Assembly (NCBI GenBank): GCA_964057225.1
Contig: OZ059896.1
Coordinates: forward strand, 3,038,001 to 3,102,000
Source: Auanema rhodensis
Lineage: Eukaryota > Animalia > Nematoda
Length of the DNA: 64,000 nt
Reading direction: 5' to 3'
In this document: piece by piece, positions 49,901 through 64,000 of the stretch
Layout of the letters: each line of letters opens with the position of its first letter
Numbering within the stretch: position 1 is the stretch's first letter
Notes under the pieces: model-generated
What the model was told of the DNA's origin: nothing
The model's input: only the letters and a program-made list of their open reading frames with translations
Database searches by the model: none
Translations under genes and position numbers: made by a program

Positions 49901-52900
49901 GAAGCAATTTTGAGTGTACATGGAAACTCAACATACACTAATGCATCATTTTTCAAACGATCATAACTAATTTTTGTATTTAGCTTTTCTCAATGTTATA
50001 TAGTGCATTCGATGCGGATTTTTAAGCTGCGTCGATCTGTGTTATCAGATTTGCGCTAGCTTAAAAATGCACCGAGATATCAACTGATATAAGTTCACAC
50101 TTATATCCTCGATTTTCACCCTGAAGAATTAATTTTTTCGTTGAATAACATTGTCCATCGTTTTTGCCTTGAAAAAAGGAATCTAAAAACATCTACTTTT
50201 TGCTAAATTATTCTCAAATTTTTCGAAAAAATTTTTGTCAAAATGTTTTTGGAAGCAATTTTGAGTGTACATGGAAACTCAACATACACTAATGCATCAT
50301 TTTTCAAACGATCATAACTAATTTTTGTATTTAGCTTTTCTCAATGTAGTATAGTGCATTCGATGCGGATTTTTAAGCTGCGTCCATCTGTGTTATCAGA
50401 TTTGCGCTAGCTTAAAAATGCACCGAGATATCAACTGATATAAGTTCACACTTATATCCTCGATTTTCACCCTGAAGAATTAATTTTTTCGTTGAATAAC
50501 ATTGTCCATCGTTTTTGCCTTGAAAAAAGGAATCTAAAAACATCTACTTTTTGCTAAATTATTTTGAAATTTTTCGAAAAAATTTTTGTCAAAATGTTTT
50601 TGGAAGCAATTTTGAGTGTACATGGAAACTCAACATACACTAATGCATCATTTTTCAAACGATCATAACTAATATTTGTATTTAGCTTTTCTCAATGTAA
50701 TATAGTGCATTCGATGCGGATTTTTAAGCTGCGTCGATCTGTGTTATCAGATTTGCGCTAGCTTAAAAATGCACCGAGATATCAACTGATATAAGTTCAC
50801 ACTTATATCCTCGATTTTCACCCTGAAGAATTAATTTTTTCGTTGAATAACATTGTCCATCGTTTTTGCCTTGAAAAAAGGAATCTAAAAACATCTACTT
50901 TTTGCTAAATTGTTCTCAAATTTTTCGAAAAAATTTTTGTCAAAATGTTTTTGGAAGCAATTTTGAGTGTACATGGAAACTCAACATACACTAATGCATC
51001 ATTTTTCAAACGATCATAACTAATTTTTGTATTTAGCTTTTCTCAATGTAGTATAGTGCATTCGATGCGGATTTTTAAGCTGCGTCGATCTGTGTTATCA
51101 GATTTGCGCTAGCTTAAAAATGCACCGAGATATCAACTGATATAAGTTCACACTTATATCCTCGATTTTCACCCTGAAGAATTAATTTTTTCGTTGAATA
51201 ACATTGTCCATCGTTTTTGCCTTGAAAAAAGGAATCTAAAAACATCTACTTTCTGCTAAATTATCTTGAAAGTTTTCGAAAAAATTTTTGTCAAAATGTT
51301 TTTGGAAGCAATTTTGAGTGTACATGGAAACTCAACATACACTAATGCATCATTTTTCAAACGATCATAACTAATTTTTGTATTAAGCTTTTCTCAATGA
51401 AGTTTAGTGCATTCGATGCGGATTTTTAAGCTGCGTCGATCTGTGTTATCAGATTTGCGCTAGCTTAAAAATGCACCGAGATATCAACTGATATAAGTTC
51501 ACACTTATATCCTCGATTTTCACCCTGAAGAATTAATTTTTTCGTTGAATAACATTGTCCATCGTTTTTGCCTTGAAAAAAGGAATCTAAAAACATCTAC
51601 TTTTTGCTAAATTATTCTCAAATTTTTCGAAAAAATTTTTGTCAAAATGTTTTTGGAAGCAATTTTGAGTGTACATGGAAACTCAACATACACTAATGCA
51701 TCATTTTTCAAACGATCATAACTAATTTTTGTATTTAGCTTTTCTCAATGTAGTATAGTGCACTCGATGCGGATTTTTAAGCTGCGTCGATCTGTGTTAT
51801 CAGATTTGCGCTAGCTTAAAAATGCACCGAGATATCAACTGATATAAGTTCACACTTATATCCTCGATTTTCACCCTGAAGAATTAATTTTTTCGTTGAA
51901 TAACATTGTCCATCGTTTTTGCCTTGAAAAAAGGAATCTAAAAACATCTACTTTCTGCTAAATTATCTTGAAATTTTTCGAAAAAATTTTTGTCAAAATG
52001 TTTTTGGAAGCAATTTTGAGTGTACATGGAAACTCAACATACACTAATGCATCATTTTTCAAACGATCATAACTAATTTTTGTATTAAGCTTTTCTCAAT
52101 GAAGTTTAGTGCATTCGATGCGGATTTTTAAGCTGCGTCGATCTGTGTTATCAGATTTGCGCTAGCTTAAAAATGCACCGAGATATCAACTGATATAAGT
52201 TCACACTTATATCCTCGATTTTCACCCTGAAGAATTAATTTTTTCGTTGAATAACATTGTCCATCGTTTTTGCCTTGAAAAAAGGAATCTAAAAACATCT
52301 ACTTTTTGCTAAATTATTCTCAAATTTTTCGAAAAAATTTTTGTCAAAATGTTTTTGGAAGCAATTTTGAGTGTACATGGAAACTCAACATACACTAATG
52401 CATCATTTTTCAAACGATCATAACTAATTTTTGTATTTAGCTTTTCTCAATGTAGTATAGTGCATTCGATGCGGATTTTTAAGCTGCGTCGATCTGTGTT
52501 ATCAGATTTGCGCTAGCTTAAAAATGCACCGAGATATCAACTGATATAAGTTCACACTTATATCCTCGATTTTCACCCTGAAGAATTAATTTTTTCGTTG
52601 AATAACATTGTCCATCGTTTTTGCCTTGAAAAAAGGAATCTAAAAACATCTACTTTTTGCTAAATTATTTTGAAATTTTTCGAAAAAATTTTTGTCAAAA
52701 TGTTTTTGGAAGCAATTTTGAGTGTACATGGAAACTCAACATACACTAATGCATCATTTTTCAAACGATCATAACTAATTTTTGTATTCAGCTTTTTTCA
52801 ATGTAGTATAGTGCATTCGATGCGGATTTTTATGCTGCGTCGATCTGTGTTATCAGATTTGCGCTAGCTTAAAAATGCACCGAGATATCAACTGATATAA

Positions 52901-55900
52901 GTTTACACTTATATCCTCGATTTTCACCCTGAAGAAATAATTTTTTCGTTGAATAACATTGTCCATCGTTTTTGCCTTGAAAAAAGGAATCTAAAAACAT
53001 CTACTTTTTGCTAAATTATTTTGAAATTTTTCGAAAAAATTTTTGTCAAAATGTTTTTGGAAGCAATTTTGAGTGTACATGGAAACTCAACATACACTAA
53101 TGCATCATTTTTCAAACGATCATAACTAATTTTTGTATTTAGCGTTTCTCAATGTAGTATAGTGCATTCGATGCGGATTTTTAAGCTGCGTCGATCTGTA
53201 CTATCAGATTTGCGCTAGCTTGAAAATGCACCGAGATATCAACTGATATAAGTTCACACCTATATCCTCGATTTTCACCCTGAAGAATTAATTTTTTCGT
53301 TAAATAACATTGTCTATCGTTTTTGCCTTGAAAAAAGGAATCTAAAAACATCTACTTTTTGCTAAATTATTTTGAAATTTTTCGAAAAAATTTTTGTCAA
53401 AATGTTTTTGGAAGCAATTTTGAGTGTACATGGAAACTCAACATACACTAATGCATCATTTTTCAAACGATCATAACTAATTTTTGTATTTAGCTTTTCT
53501 CAATGTTATATAGTGCATTCGATGCGGATTTTTAAGCTGCGTCGATCTGTGTTATCAGATTTGCGCTAGCTTAAAAATGCACCGAGATATCAACTGATAT
53601 AAGTTCACACTTATATCCTCGATTTTCACCCTGAAGAATTAATTTTTTCGTTGAATAACATTGTCCATCGTTTTTGCCTTGAAAAAAGGAATCTAAAAAC
53701 ATCTACTTTTTGCTAAATTATTCTCAAATTTTTCGAAAAAATTTTTGTCAAAATGTTTTTGGAAGCAATTTTGAGTGTACATGGAAACTCAACATACACT
53801 AATGCATCATTTTTCAAACGATCATAACTAATTTTTGTATTAAGCTTTTCTCAATGAAGTTTAGTGCATTCGATGCGGATTTTTAAGCTGCGTCGATCTG
53901 TGTTATCAGATTTGCGCTAGCTTAAAAATGCACCGAGATATCAACTGATATAAGTTCACACTTATATCCTCGATTTTCACCCTGAAGAATTAATTTTTTC
54001 GTTGAATAACATTGTCCATCGTTTTTGCCTTGAAAAAAGGAATCTAAAAACATCTACTTTCTGCTAAATTATTTTGAAATTTTTCGAAAAAATTTTTGTC
54101 AAAATGTTTTTGGAAGCAATTTTGAGTGTACATGGAAACTCAACATACACTAATGCATCATTTTTCAAACGATCATAACTAATTTTTGTATTTAGCTTTT
54201 CTCAATGTAGTATAGTGCATTCGATGCGGATTTTTAAGCTGCGTCGATCTGTGTTATCAGATTTGCGCTAGCTTAAAAATGCACCGAGATATCAACTGAT
54301 ATAAGTTCACACTTATATCCTCGATTTTCACCCTGAAGAATTAATTTTTTCGTTGAATAATATTGTCCATCGTTTTTGCCTTGAAAAAAGGAATCTAAAA
54401 ACATCTACTTTTTGCTAAATTATTTTGAAATTTTTCGAAAAAATTTTTGTCAAAATGTTTTTGGAAGCAATTTTGAGTGTACATGGAAACTCAACATACA
54501 CTAATGCATCATTTTTCAAACGATCATAACTAATTTTTGTATTTAGCTTTTCTCAATGTAATATAGTGCATTCGATGCGGATTTTTAAGCTGCGTCGATC
54601 TGTGTTATCAGATTTGCGCTAGCTTAAAAATGCACCGAGATATCAACTGATATAAGTTCACACTTATATCCTCGATTTTCACCCTGAAGAATTAATTTTT
54701 TCGTTGAATAACATTGTCCATCGTTTTTGCCTTGAAAAAAGGAATCTAAGAACATCTACTTTTTGCTAAATTATTTTGAAATTTTTCGAAAAAATTTTTG
54801 TCAAAATGTTTTTGGAAGCAATTTTGAGTGTACATGGAAACTCAACATACACTAATGCATCATTTTTCAAACGATCATAACTAATTTTTGTATTTAGCTT
54901 TTCTCAATGTAGTATAGTGCACTCGATGCGGATTTTTAAGCTGCGTCGATCTGTGTTATCAGATTTGCGCTAGCTTAAAAATGCACCGAGATATCAACTG
55001 ATATAAGTTCACACTTATATCCTCGATTTTCACCCTGAAGAATTAATTTTTTCGTTGAATAACATTGTCCATCGTTTTTGCCTTGAAAAAAGGAATCTAA
55101 AAACATCTACTTTTTGCTAAATTATTTTGAAATTTTTCGAAAAAATTTTTGTCAAAATGTTTTTGGAAGCAATTTTGAGTGTACATGGAAACTCAACATA
55201 CACTAATGCATCATTTTTCAAACGATCATAACTAATTTTTGTATTTAGCTTTTCTCAATGTAATATAGTGCATTCGATGCGGATTTTTAAGCTGCGTCGA
55301 TCTGTGTTATCAGATTTGCGCTAGCTTAAAAATGCACCGAGATATCAACTGATATAAGTTCACACTTATATCCTCGATTTTCACCCTGAAGAATTAATTT
55401 TTTCGTTGAATAACATTGTCCATCGTTTTTGCCTTGAAAAAAGGAATCTAAGAACATCTACTTTTTGCTAAATTATTTTGAAATTTTTCGAAAAAATTTT
55501 TGTCAAAATGTTTTTGGAAGCAATTTTGAGTGTACATGGAAACTCAACATACACTAATGCATCATTTTTCAAACGATCATAACTAATTTTTGTATTTAGC
55601 TTTTCTCAATGTAGTATAGTGCATTCGATGCGGATTTTTAAGCTGCGTCGATCTGTGTTATCAGATTTGCGCTAGCTTAAAAATGCACCGAGATATCAAC
55701 TGATATAAGTTCACACTTATATCCTCGATTTTCACCCTGAAGAATTAATTTTTTCGTTGAATAACATTGTCTATCGTTTTTGCCTTGAAAAAAGGAATCT
55801 AAAAACATCTACTTTTTGCTAAATTATTTTCAAATTTTTCGAAAAAATTTTTGTCAAAATGTTTTTGGAAGCAATTTTGAGTGTACATGGAAACTCAACA

Positions 55901-58900
55901 TACACTAATGCATCATTTTTCAAACGATCATAACTAATTTTTGTATTCAGCTTTTTTCAATGTAGTATAGTGCATTCGATGCGGATTTTTATGCTGCGTC
56001 GATCGGTGTTATCAGATTTGCGCTAGCTTAAAAATGCACCGAGATATCAACTGATATAAGTTTACACTTATATCCTCGATTTTCACCCTGAAGAAATAAT
56101 TTTTTCGTTGAATAACATTGTCCATCGTTTTTGCCTTGAAAAAAGGAATCTAAAAACATCTACTTTTTGCTAAATTATTTTGAAATTTTTCGAAAAAATT
56201 TTTGTCAAAATGTTTTTGGAAGCAATTTTGAGTGTACATGGAAACTCAACATACACTAATGCATCATTTTTCAAACGATCATAACTAATTTTTGTATTCA
56301 GCTTTTTTCAATGTAGTATAGTGCATTCGATGCGGATTTTTATGCTGCGTCGATCGGTGTTATCAGATTTGCGATAGCTTAAAAATGCACCGAGATATCA
56401 ACTGATATAAGTTCACACTTATATCCTCGATTTTCACCCTGAAGAATTAATTTTTTCGTTGAATAACATTGTCTATCGTTTTTGCCTTGAAAAAAGGAAT
56501 CTAAAAACATCTACTTTTTGCTAAATTATTTTCAAATTTTTCGAAAAAATTTTTGTCAAAATGTTTTTGGAAGCAATTTTGAGTGTACATGGAAACTCAA
56601 CATACACTAATGCATCATTTTTCAAACGATCATAACTAATTTTTGTATTCAGCTTTTTTCAATGTAGTATAGTGCATTCGATGCGGATTTTTATGCTGCG
56701 TCGATCGGTGTTATCAGATTTGCGCTAGCTTAAAAATGCACCGAGATATCAACTGATATAAGTTTACACTTATATCCTCGATTTTCACCCTGAAGAAATA
56801 ATTTTTTCGTTGAATAACATTGTCCATCGTTTTTGCCTTGAAAAAAGGAATCTAAAAACATCTACTTTTTGCTAAATTATTTTGAAATTTTTCGAAAAAA
56901 TTTTTGTCAAAATGTTTTTGGAAGCAATTTTGAGTGTACATGGAAACTCAACATACACTAATGCATCATTTTTCAAACGATCATAACTAATTTTTGTATT
57001 CAGCTTTTTTCAATGTAGTATAGTGCATTCGATGCGGATTTTTATGCTGCGTCGATCGGTGTTATCAGATTTGCGCTAGCTTAAAAATGCACCGAGATAT
57101 CAACTGATATAAGTTTACACTTATATCCTCGATTTTCACCCTGAAGAAATAATTTTTTCGTTGAATAACATTGTCCATCGTTTTTGCCTTGAAAAAAGGA
57201 ATCTAAAAACATCTACTTTTTGCTAAATTATTTTGAAATTTTTCGAAAAAATTTTTGTCAAAATGTTTTTGGAAGCAATTTTGAGTGTACATGGAAACTC
57301 AACATACACTAATGCATCATTTTTCAAACGATCATAACTAATTTTTGTATTTAGCTTTTCTCAATGTAATATAGTGCATTCGATGCGGATTTTTAAGCTG
57401 CGTCGATCTGTGTTATCAGATTTGCGCTAGCTTAAAAATGCACCGAGATATCAACTGATATAAGTTCACACTTATATCCTCGATTTTCACCCTGAAGAAT
57501 TAATTTTTTCGTTGAATAACATTGTCCATCGTTTTTGCCTTGAAAAAAGGAATCTAAAAACATCTACTTTTTGCTAAATTATTTTGAAATTTTTCGAAAA
57601 AATTTTTGTCAAAATGTTTTTGGAAGCAATTTTGAGTGTACATGGAAACTCAACATACACTAATGCATCATTTTTCAAACGATCATAACTAATTTTTGTA
57701 TTTAGCTTTTCTCAATGTAGTATAGTGCATTCGATGCGGATTTTTAAGCTGCGTCGATCTGTACTATCAGATTTGCGCTAGCTTGAAAATGCACCGAGAT
57801 ATCAACTGATATAAGTTCACACTTATATCCTCGATTTTCACCCTGAAGAATTAATTTTTTCGTTGAATAACATTGTCCATCGTTTTTGCCTTGAAAAAAG
57901 GAATCTAAAAACATCTACTTTTTGCTAAATTATTTTGAAATTTTTCGAAAAAATTTTTGTCAAAATGTTTTTGGAAGCAATTTTGAGTGTACATGGAAAC
58001 TCAACATACACTAATGCATCATTTTTCAAACGATCATAACTAATTTTTGTATTCAGCTTTTTTCAATGTAGTATAGTGCATTCGATGCGGATTTTTATGC
58101 TGCGTCGATCGGTGTTATCAGATTTGCGCTAGCTTAAAAATGCACCGAGATATCAACTGATATAAGTTTACACTTATATCCTCGATTTTCACCCTGAAGA
58201 AATAATTTTTTCGTTGAATAACATTGTCCATCGTTTTTGCCTTGAAAAAAGGAATCTAAAAACATCTACTTTTTGCTAAATTATTTTGAAATTTTTCGAA
58301 AAAATTTTTGTCAAAATGTTTTTGGAAGCAATTTTGAGTGTACATGGAAACTCAACATACACTAATGCATCATTTTTCAAACGATCATAACTAATTTTTG
58401 TATTTAGCTTTTCTCAATGTAATATAGTGCATTCGATGCGGATTTTTAAGCTGCGTCGATCTGTGTTATCAGATTTGCGCTAGCTTAAAAATGCACCGAG
58501 ATATCAACTGATATAAGTTCACACTTATATCCTCGATTTTCACCCTGAAGAATTAATTTTTTCGTTGAATAACATTGTCCATCGTTTTTGCCTTGAAAAA
58601 AGGAATCTAAAAACATCTACTTTTTGCTAAATTATTTTGAAATTTTTCGAAAAAATTTTTGTCAAAATGTTTTTGGAAGCAATTTTGAGTGTACATGGAA
58701 ACTCAACATACACTAATGCATCATTTTTCAAACGATCATAACTAATATTTGTATTTAGCTTTTCTCAATGTAATATAGTGCATTCGATGCGGATTTTTAA
58801 GCTGCGTCGATCTGTACTATCAGATTTGCGCTAGCTTGAAAATGCACCGAGATATCAACTGATATAAGTTCACACTTATATCCTCGATTTTCACCCTGAA

Positions 58901-61900
58901 GAATTAATTTTTTCGTTGAATAACATTGTCCATCGTTTTTGCCTTGAAAAAAGGAATCTAAAAACATCTACTTTTTGCTAAATTATTTTGAAATTTTTCG
59001 AAAAAATTTTTGTCAAAATGTTTTTGGAAGCAATTTTGAGTGTACATGGAAACTCAACATACACTAATGCATCATTTTTCAAACGATCATAACTAATTTT
59101 TGTATTTAGCTTTTCTCAATGTAGTATAGTGCATTCGATGCGGATTTTTAAGCTGCGTCCATCTGTGTTATCAGATTTGCGCTAGCTTAAAAATGCACCG
59201 AGATATCAACTGATATAAGTTCACACTTATATCCTCGATTTTCACCCTGAAGAATTAATTTTTTCGTTGAATAACATTGTCCATCGTTTTTGCCTTGAAA
59301 AAAGGAATCTAAAAACATCTACTTTTTGCTAAATTATTTTGAAATTTTTCGAAAAAATTTTTGTCAAAATGTTTTTGGAAGCAATTTTGAGTGTACATGG
59401 AAACTCAACATACACTAATGCATCATTTTTCAAACGATCATAACTAATTTTTGTATTCAGCTTTTTTCAATGTAGTATAGTGCATTCGATGCGGATTTTT
59501 ATGCTGCGTCGATCGGTGTTATCAGATTTGCGCTAGCTTAAAAATGCACCGAGATATCAACTGATATAAGTTTACACTTATATCCTCGATTTTCACCCTG
59601 AAGAAATAATTTTTTCGTTGAATAACATTGTCCATCGTTTTTGCCTTGAAAAAAGGAATCTAAAAACATCTACTTTTTGCTAAATTATTTTGAAATTTTT
59701 CGAAAAAATTTTTGTCAAAATGTTTTTGGAAGCAATTTTGAGTGTACATGGAAACTCAACATACACTAATGCATCATTTTTCAAACGATCATAACTAATT
59801 TTTGTATTTAGCTTTTCTCAATGTAATATAGTGCATTCGATGCGGATTTTTAAGCTGCGTCGATCTGTGTTATCAGATTTGCGCTAGCTTAAAAATGCAC
59901 CGAGATATCAACTGATATAAGTTCACACTTATATCCTCGATTTTCACCCTGAAGAATTAATTTTTTCGTTGAATAACATTGTCCATCGTTTTTGCCTTGA
60001 AAAAAGGAATCTAAAAACATCTACTTTTTGCTAAATTATTTTGAAATTTTTCGAAAAAATTTTTGTCAAAATGTTTTTGGAAGCAATTTTGAGTGTACAT
60101 GGAAACTCAACATACACTAATGCATCATTTTTCAAACGATCATAACTAATTTTTGTATTTAGCTTTTCTCAATGTAGTATAGTGCATTCGATGCGGATTT
60201 TTAAGCTGCGTCGATCTGTACTATCAGATTTGCGCTAGCTTGAAAATGCACCGAGATATCAACTGATATAAGTTCACACTTATATCCTCGATTTTCACCC
60301 TGAAGAATTAATTTTTTCGTTGAATAACATTGTCCATCGTTTTTGCCTTGAAAAAAGGAATCTAAAAACATCTACTTTTTGCTAAATTATTTTGAAATTT
60401 TTCGAAAAAATTTTTGTCAAAATGTTTTTGGAAGCAATTTTGAGTGTACATGGAAACTCAACATACACTAATGCATCATTTTTCAAACGATCATAACTAA
60501 TTTTTGTATTTAGCTTTTCTCAATGTAGTATAGTGCATTCGATGCGGATTTTTAAGCTGCGTCGATCTGTACTATCAGATTTGCGCTAGCTTGAAAATGC
60601 ACCGAGATATCAACTGATATAAGTTCACACCTATATCCTCGATTTTCACCCTGAAGAATTAATTTTTTCGTTGAATAACATTGTCCATCGTTTTTGCCTT
60701 GAAAAAAGGAATCTAAAAACATCTACTTTTTGCTAAATTATTCTCAAATTTTTCGAAAAAATTTTTGTCAAAATGTTTTTGGAAGCAATTTTGAGTGTAC
60801 ATGGAAACTCAACATACACTAATGCATCATTTTTCAAACGATCATAACTAATTTTTGTATTAAGCTTTTCTCAATGAAGTTTAGTGCATTCGATGCGGAT
60901 TTTTAAGCTGCGTCGATCTGTGTTATCAGATTTGCGCTAGCTTAAAAATGCACCGAGATATCAACTGATATAAGTTCACACTTATATCCTCGATTTTCAC
61001 CCTGAAGAATTAATTTTTTCGTTGAATAACATTGTCCATCGTTTTTGCCTTGAAAAAAGGAATCTAAAAACATCTACTTTCTGCTAAATTATTTTGAAAT
61101 TTTTCGAAAAAATTTTTGTCAAAATGTTTTTGGAAGCAATTTTGAGTGTACATGGAAACTCAACATACACTAATGCATCATTTTTCAAACGATCATAACT
61201 AATTTTTGTATTTAGCTTTTCTCAATGTAGTATAGTGCATTCGATGCGGATTTTTAAGCTGCGTCGATCTGTGTTATCAGATTTGCGCTAGCTTAAAAAT
61301 GCACCGAGATATCAACTGATATAAGTTCACACTTATATCCTCGATTTTCACCCTGAAGAATTAATTTTTTCGTTGAATAACATTGTCCATCGTTTTTGCC
61401 TTGAAAAAAGGAATCTAAAAACATCTACTTTTTGCTAAATTATTTTGAAATTTTTCGAAAAAATTTTTGTCAAAATGTTTTTGGAAGCAATTTTGAGTGT
61501 ACATGGAAACTCAACATACACTAATGCATCATTTTTCAAACGATCATAACTAATTTTTGTATTTAGCTTTTCTCAATGTAATATAGTGCATTCGATGCGG
61601 ATTTTTAAGCTGCGTCGATCTGTGTTATCAGATTTGCGCTAGCTTAAAAATGCACCGAGATATCAACTGATATAAGTTCACACTTATATCCTCGATTTTC
61701 ACCCTGAAGAATTAATTTTTTCGTTGAATAACATTGTCCATCGTTTTTGCCTTGAAAAAAGGAATCTAAGAACATCTACTTTTTGCTAAATTATTTTGAA
61801 ATTTTTCGAAAAAATTTTTGTCAAAATGTTTTTGGAAGCAATTTTGAGTGTACATGGAAACTCAACATACACTAATGCATCATTTTTCAAACGATCATAA

Positions 61901-64000
61901 CTAATTTTTGTATTTAGCTTTTCTCAATGTAGTATAGTGCATTCGATGCGGATTTTTAAGCTGCGTCGATCTGTGTTATCAGATTTGCGCTAGCTTAAAA
62001 ATGCACCGAGATATCAACTGATATAAGTTCACACTTATATCCTCGATTTTCACCCTGAAGAAATAATTTTTTCGTTGAATAACATTGTCCATCGTTTTTG
62101 CCTTGAAAAAAGGAATCTAAAAACATCTACTTTTTGCTAAATTATTTTGAAATTTTTCGAAAAAATTTTTGTCAAAATGTTTTTGGAAGCAATTTTGAGT
62201 GTACATGGAAACTCAACATACACTAATGCATCATTTTTCAAACGATCATAACTAATTTTTGTATTTAGCTTTTCTCAATGTAATATAGTGCATTCGATGC
62301 GGATTTTTAAGCTGCGTCGATCTGTGTTATCAGATTTGCGCTAGCTTAAAAATGCACCGAGATATCAACTGATATAAGTTCACACTTATATCCTCGATTT
62401 TCACCCTGAAGAATTAATTTTTTCGTTGAATAACATTGTCCATCGTTTTTGCCTTGAAAAAAGGAATCTAAAAACATCTACTTTTTGCTAAATTATTTTG
62501 AAATTTTTCGAAAAAATTTTTGTCAAAATGTTTTTGGAAGCAATTTTGAGTGTACATGGAAACTCAACATACACTAATGCATCATTTTTCAAACGATCAT
62601 AACTAATTTTTGTATTTAGCTTTTCTCAATGTAGTATAGTGCATTCGATGCGGATTTTTAAGCTGCGTCGATCTGTACTATCAGATTTGCGCTAGCTTGA
62701 AAATGCACCGAGATATCAACTGATATAAGTTCACACTTATATCCTCGATTTTCACCCTGAAGAATTAATTTTTTCGTTGAATAACATTGTCCATCGTTTT
62801 TGCCTTGAAAAAAGGAATCTAAAAACATCTACTTTTTGCTAAATTATTTTGAAATTTTTCGAAAAAATTTTTGTCAAAATGTTTTTGGAAGCAATTTTGA
62901 GTGTACATGGAAACTCAACATACACTAATGCATCATTTTTCAAACGATCATAACTAATTTTTGTATTTAGCTTTTCTCAATGTAGTATAGTGCATTCGAT
63001 GCGGATTTTTAAGCTGCGTCGATCTGTACTATCAGATTTGCGCTAGCTTGAAAATGCACCGAGATATCAACTGATATAAGTTCACACCTATATCCTCGAT
63101 TTTCACCCTGAAGAATTAATTTTTTCGTTGAATAACATTGTCCATCGTTTTTGCCTTGAAAAAAGGAATCTAAAAACATCTACTTTTTGCTAAATTATTC
63201 TCAAATTTTTCGAAAAAATTTTTGTCAAAATGTTTTTGGAAGCAATTTTGAGTGTACATGGAAACTCAACATACACTAATGCATCACTTTTCAAACGATC
63301 ATAACTAATTTTTGTATTAAGCTTTTCTCAATGAAGTTTAGTGCATTCGATGCGGATTTTTAAGCTGCGTCGATCTGTGTTATCAGATTTGCGCTAGCTT
63401 AAAAATGCACCGAGATATCAACTGATATAAGTTCACACTTATATCCTCGATTTTCACCCTGAAGAATTAATTTTTTCGTTGAATAACATTGTCCATCGTT
63501 TTTGCCTTGAAAAAAGGAATCTAAAAACATCTACTTTCTGCTAAATTATTTTGAAATTTTTCGAAAAAATTTTTGTCAAAATGTTTTTGGAAGCAATTTT
63601 GAGTGTACATGGAAACTCAACATACACTAATGCATCATTTTTCAAACGATCATAACTAATTTTTGTATTTAGCTTTTCTCAATGTAGTATAGTGCATTCG
63701 ATGCGGATTTTTAAGCTGCGTCGATCTGTACTATCAGATTTGCGCTAGCTTGAAAATGCACCGAGATATCAACTGATATAAGTTCACACTTATATCCTCG
63801 ATTTTCACCCTGAAGAATTAATTTTTTCGTTGAATAACATTGTCCATCGTTTTTGCCTTGAAAAAAGGAATCTAAAAACATCTACTTTTTGCTAAATTAT
63901 TTTGAAATTTTTCGAAAAAATTTTTGTCAAAATGTTTTTGGAAGCAATTTTGAGTGTACATGGAAACTCAACATACACTAATGCATCATTTTTCAAACGA

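Larger units (their letters stand above)
16418..64000 (+). repeat. 351-bp satellite DNA array, right arm (about 136 monomers, runs off the window end)
   Basis: The interrupted monomer resumes with TTTTGGAAGC at 16418. Monomer starts follow 16557+351k up to 28491, 28976+351k up to 47579, and 47929+351k up to 63724. Deletions at about 28500 and 28707 and a 1-bp deletion at about 47750 explain the phase shifts. Confidence 0.99.

Noticed and set aside
1-64000. CRISPR array, retron, diversity-generating retroelement or group II intron interpretation of RT plus repeats
   Set aside because: The repeats have no unique spacers and there are no cas or accessory genes. The RT carries an APE remnant, a repeat tail and a TSD, which are diagnostic of a eukaryotic LINE.

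Overview
This window is eukaryotic repetitive DNA. About 61 kb is a head-to-tail, single-orientation array of roughly 175 copies of a 351-bp AT-rich satellite monomer (about 30% GC by hand count), with copies differing at only a few positions. The array is interrupted once, at 13555-16417, by a 5'-truncated non-LTR retrotransposon of the CR1/L2-like type. It carries the C-terminal remnant of the APE endonuclease, an uninterrupted reverse transcriptase (YADD), a structured 3' UTR, an (AAAT)6 tail and a 3-4 bp T-run target-site duplication. The truncated ORF is fused in frame to an ATG supplied by the satellite. Two adjacent monomers at 28491-28975 carry deletions with locally templated filler. 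Diagnostic variants show local higher-order repeats, longer block duplications and a probable long-range conversion tract. I saw no host genes, RNA genes or CRISPR arrays. I found nothing that qualifies as a demonstrated new biological system; the leads below are hypotheses. All alignments and folds were done by eye.
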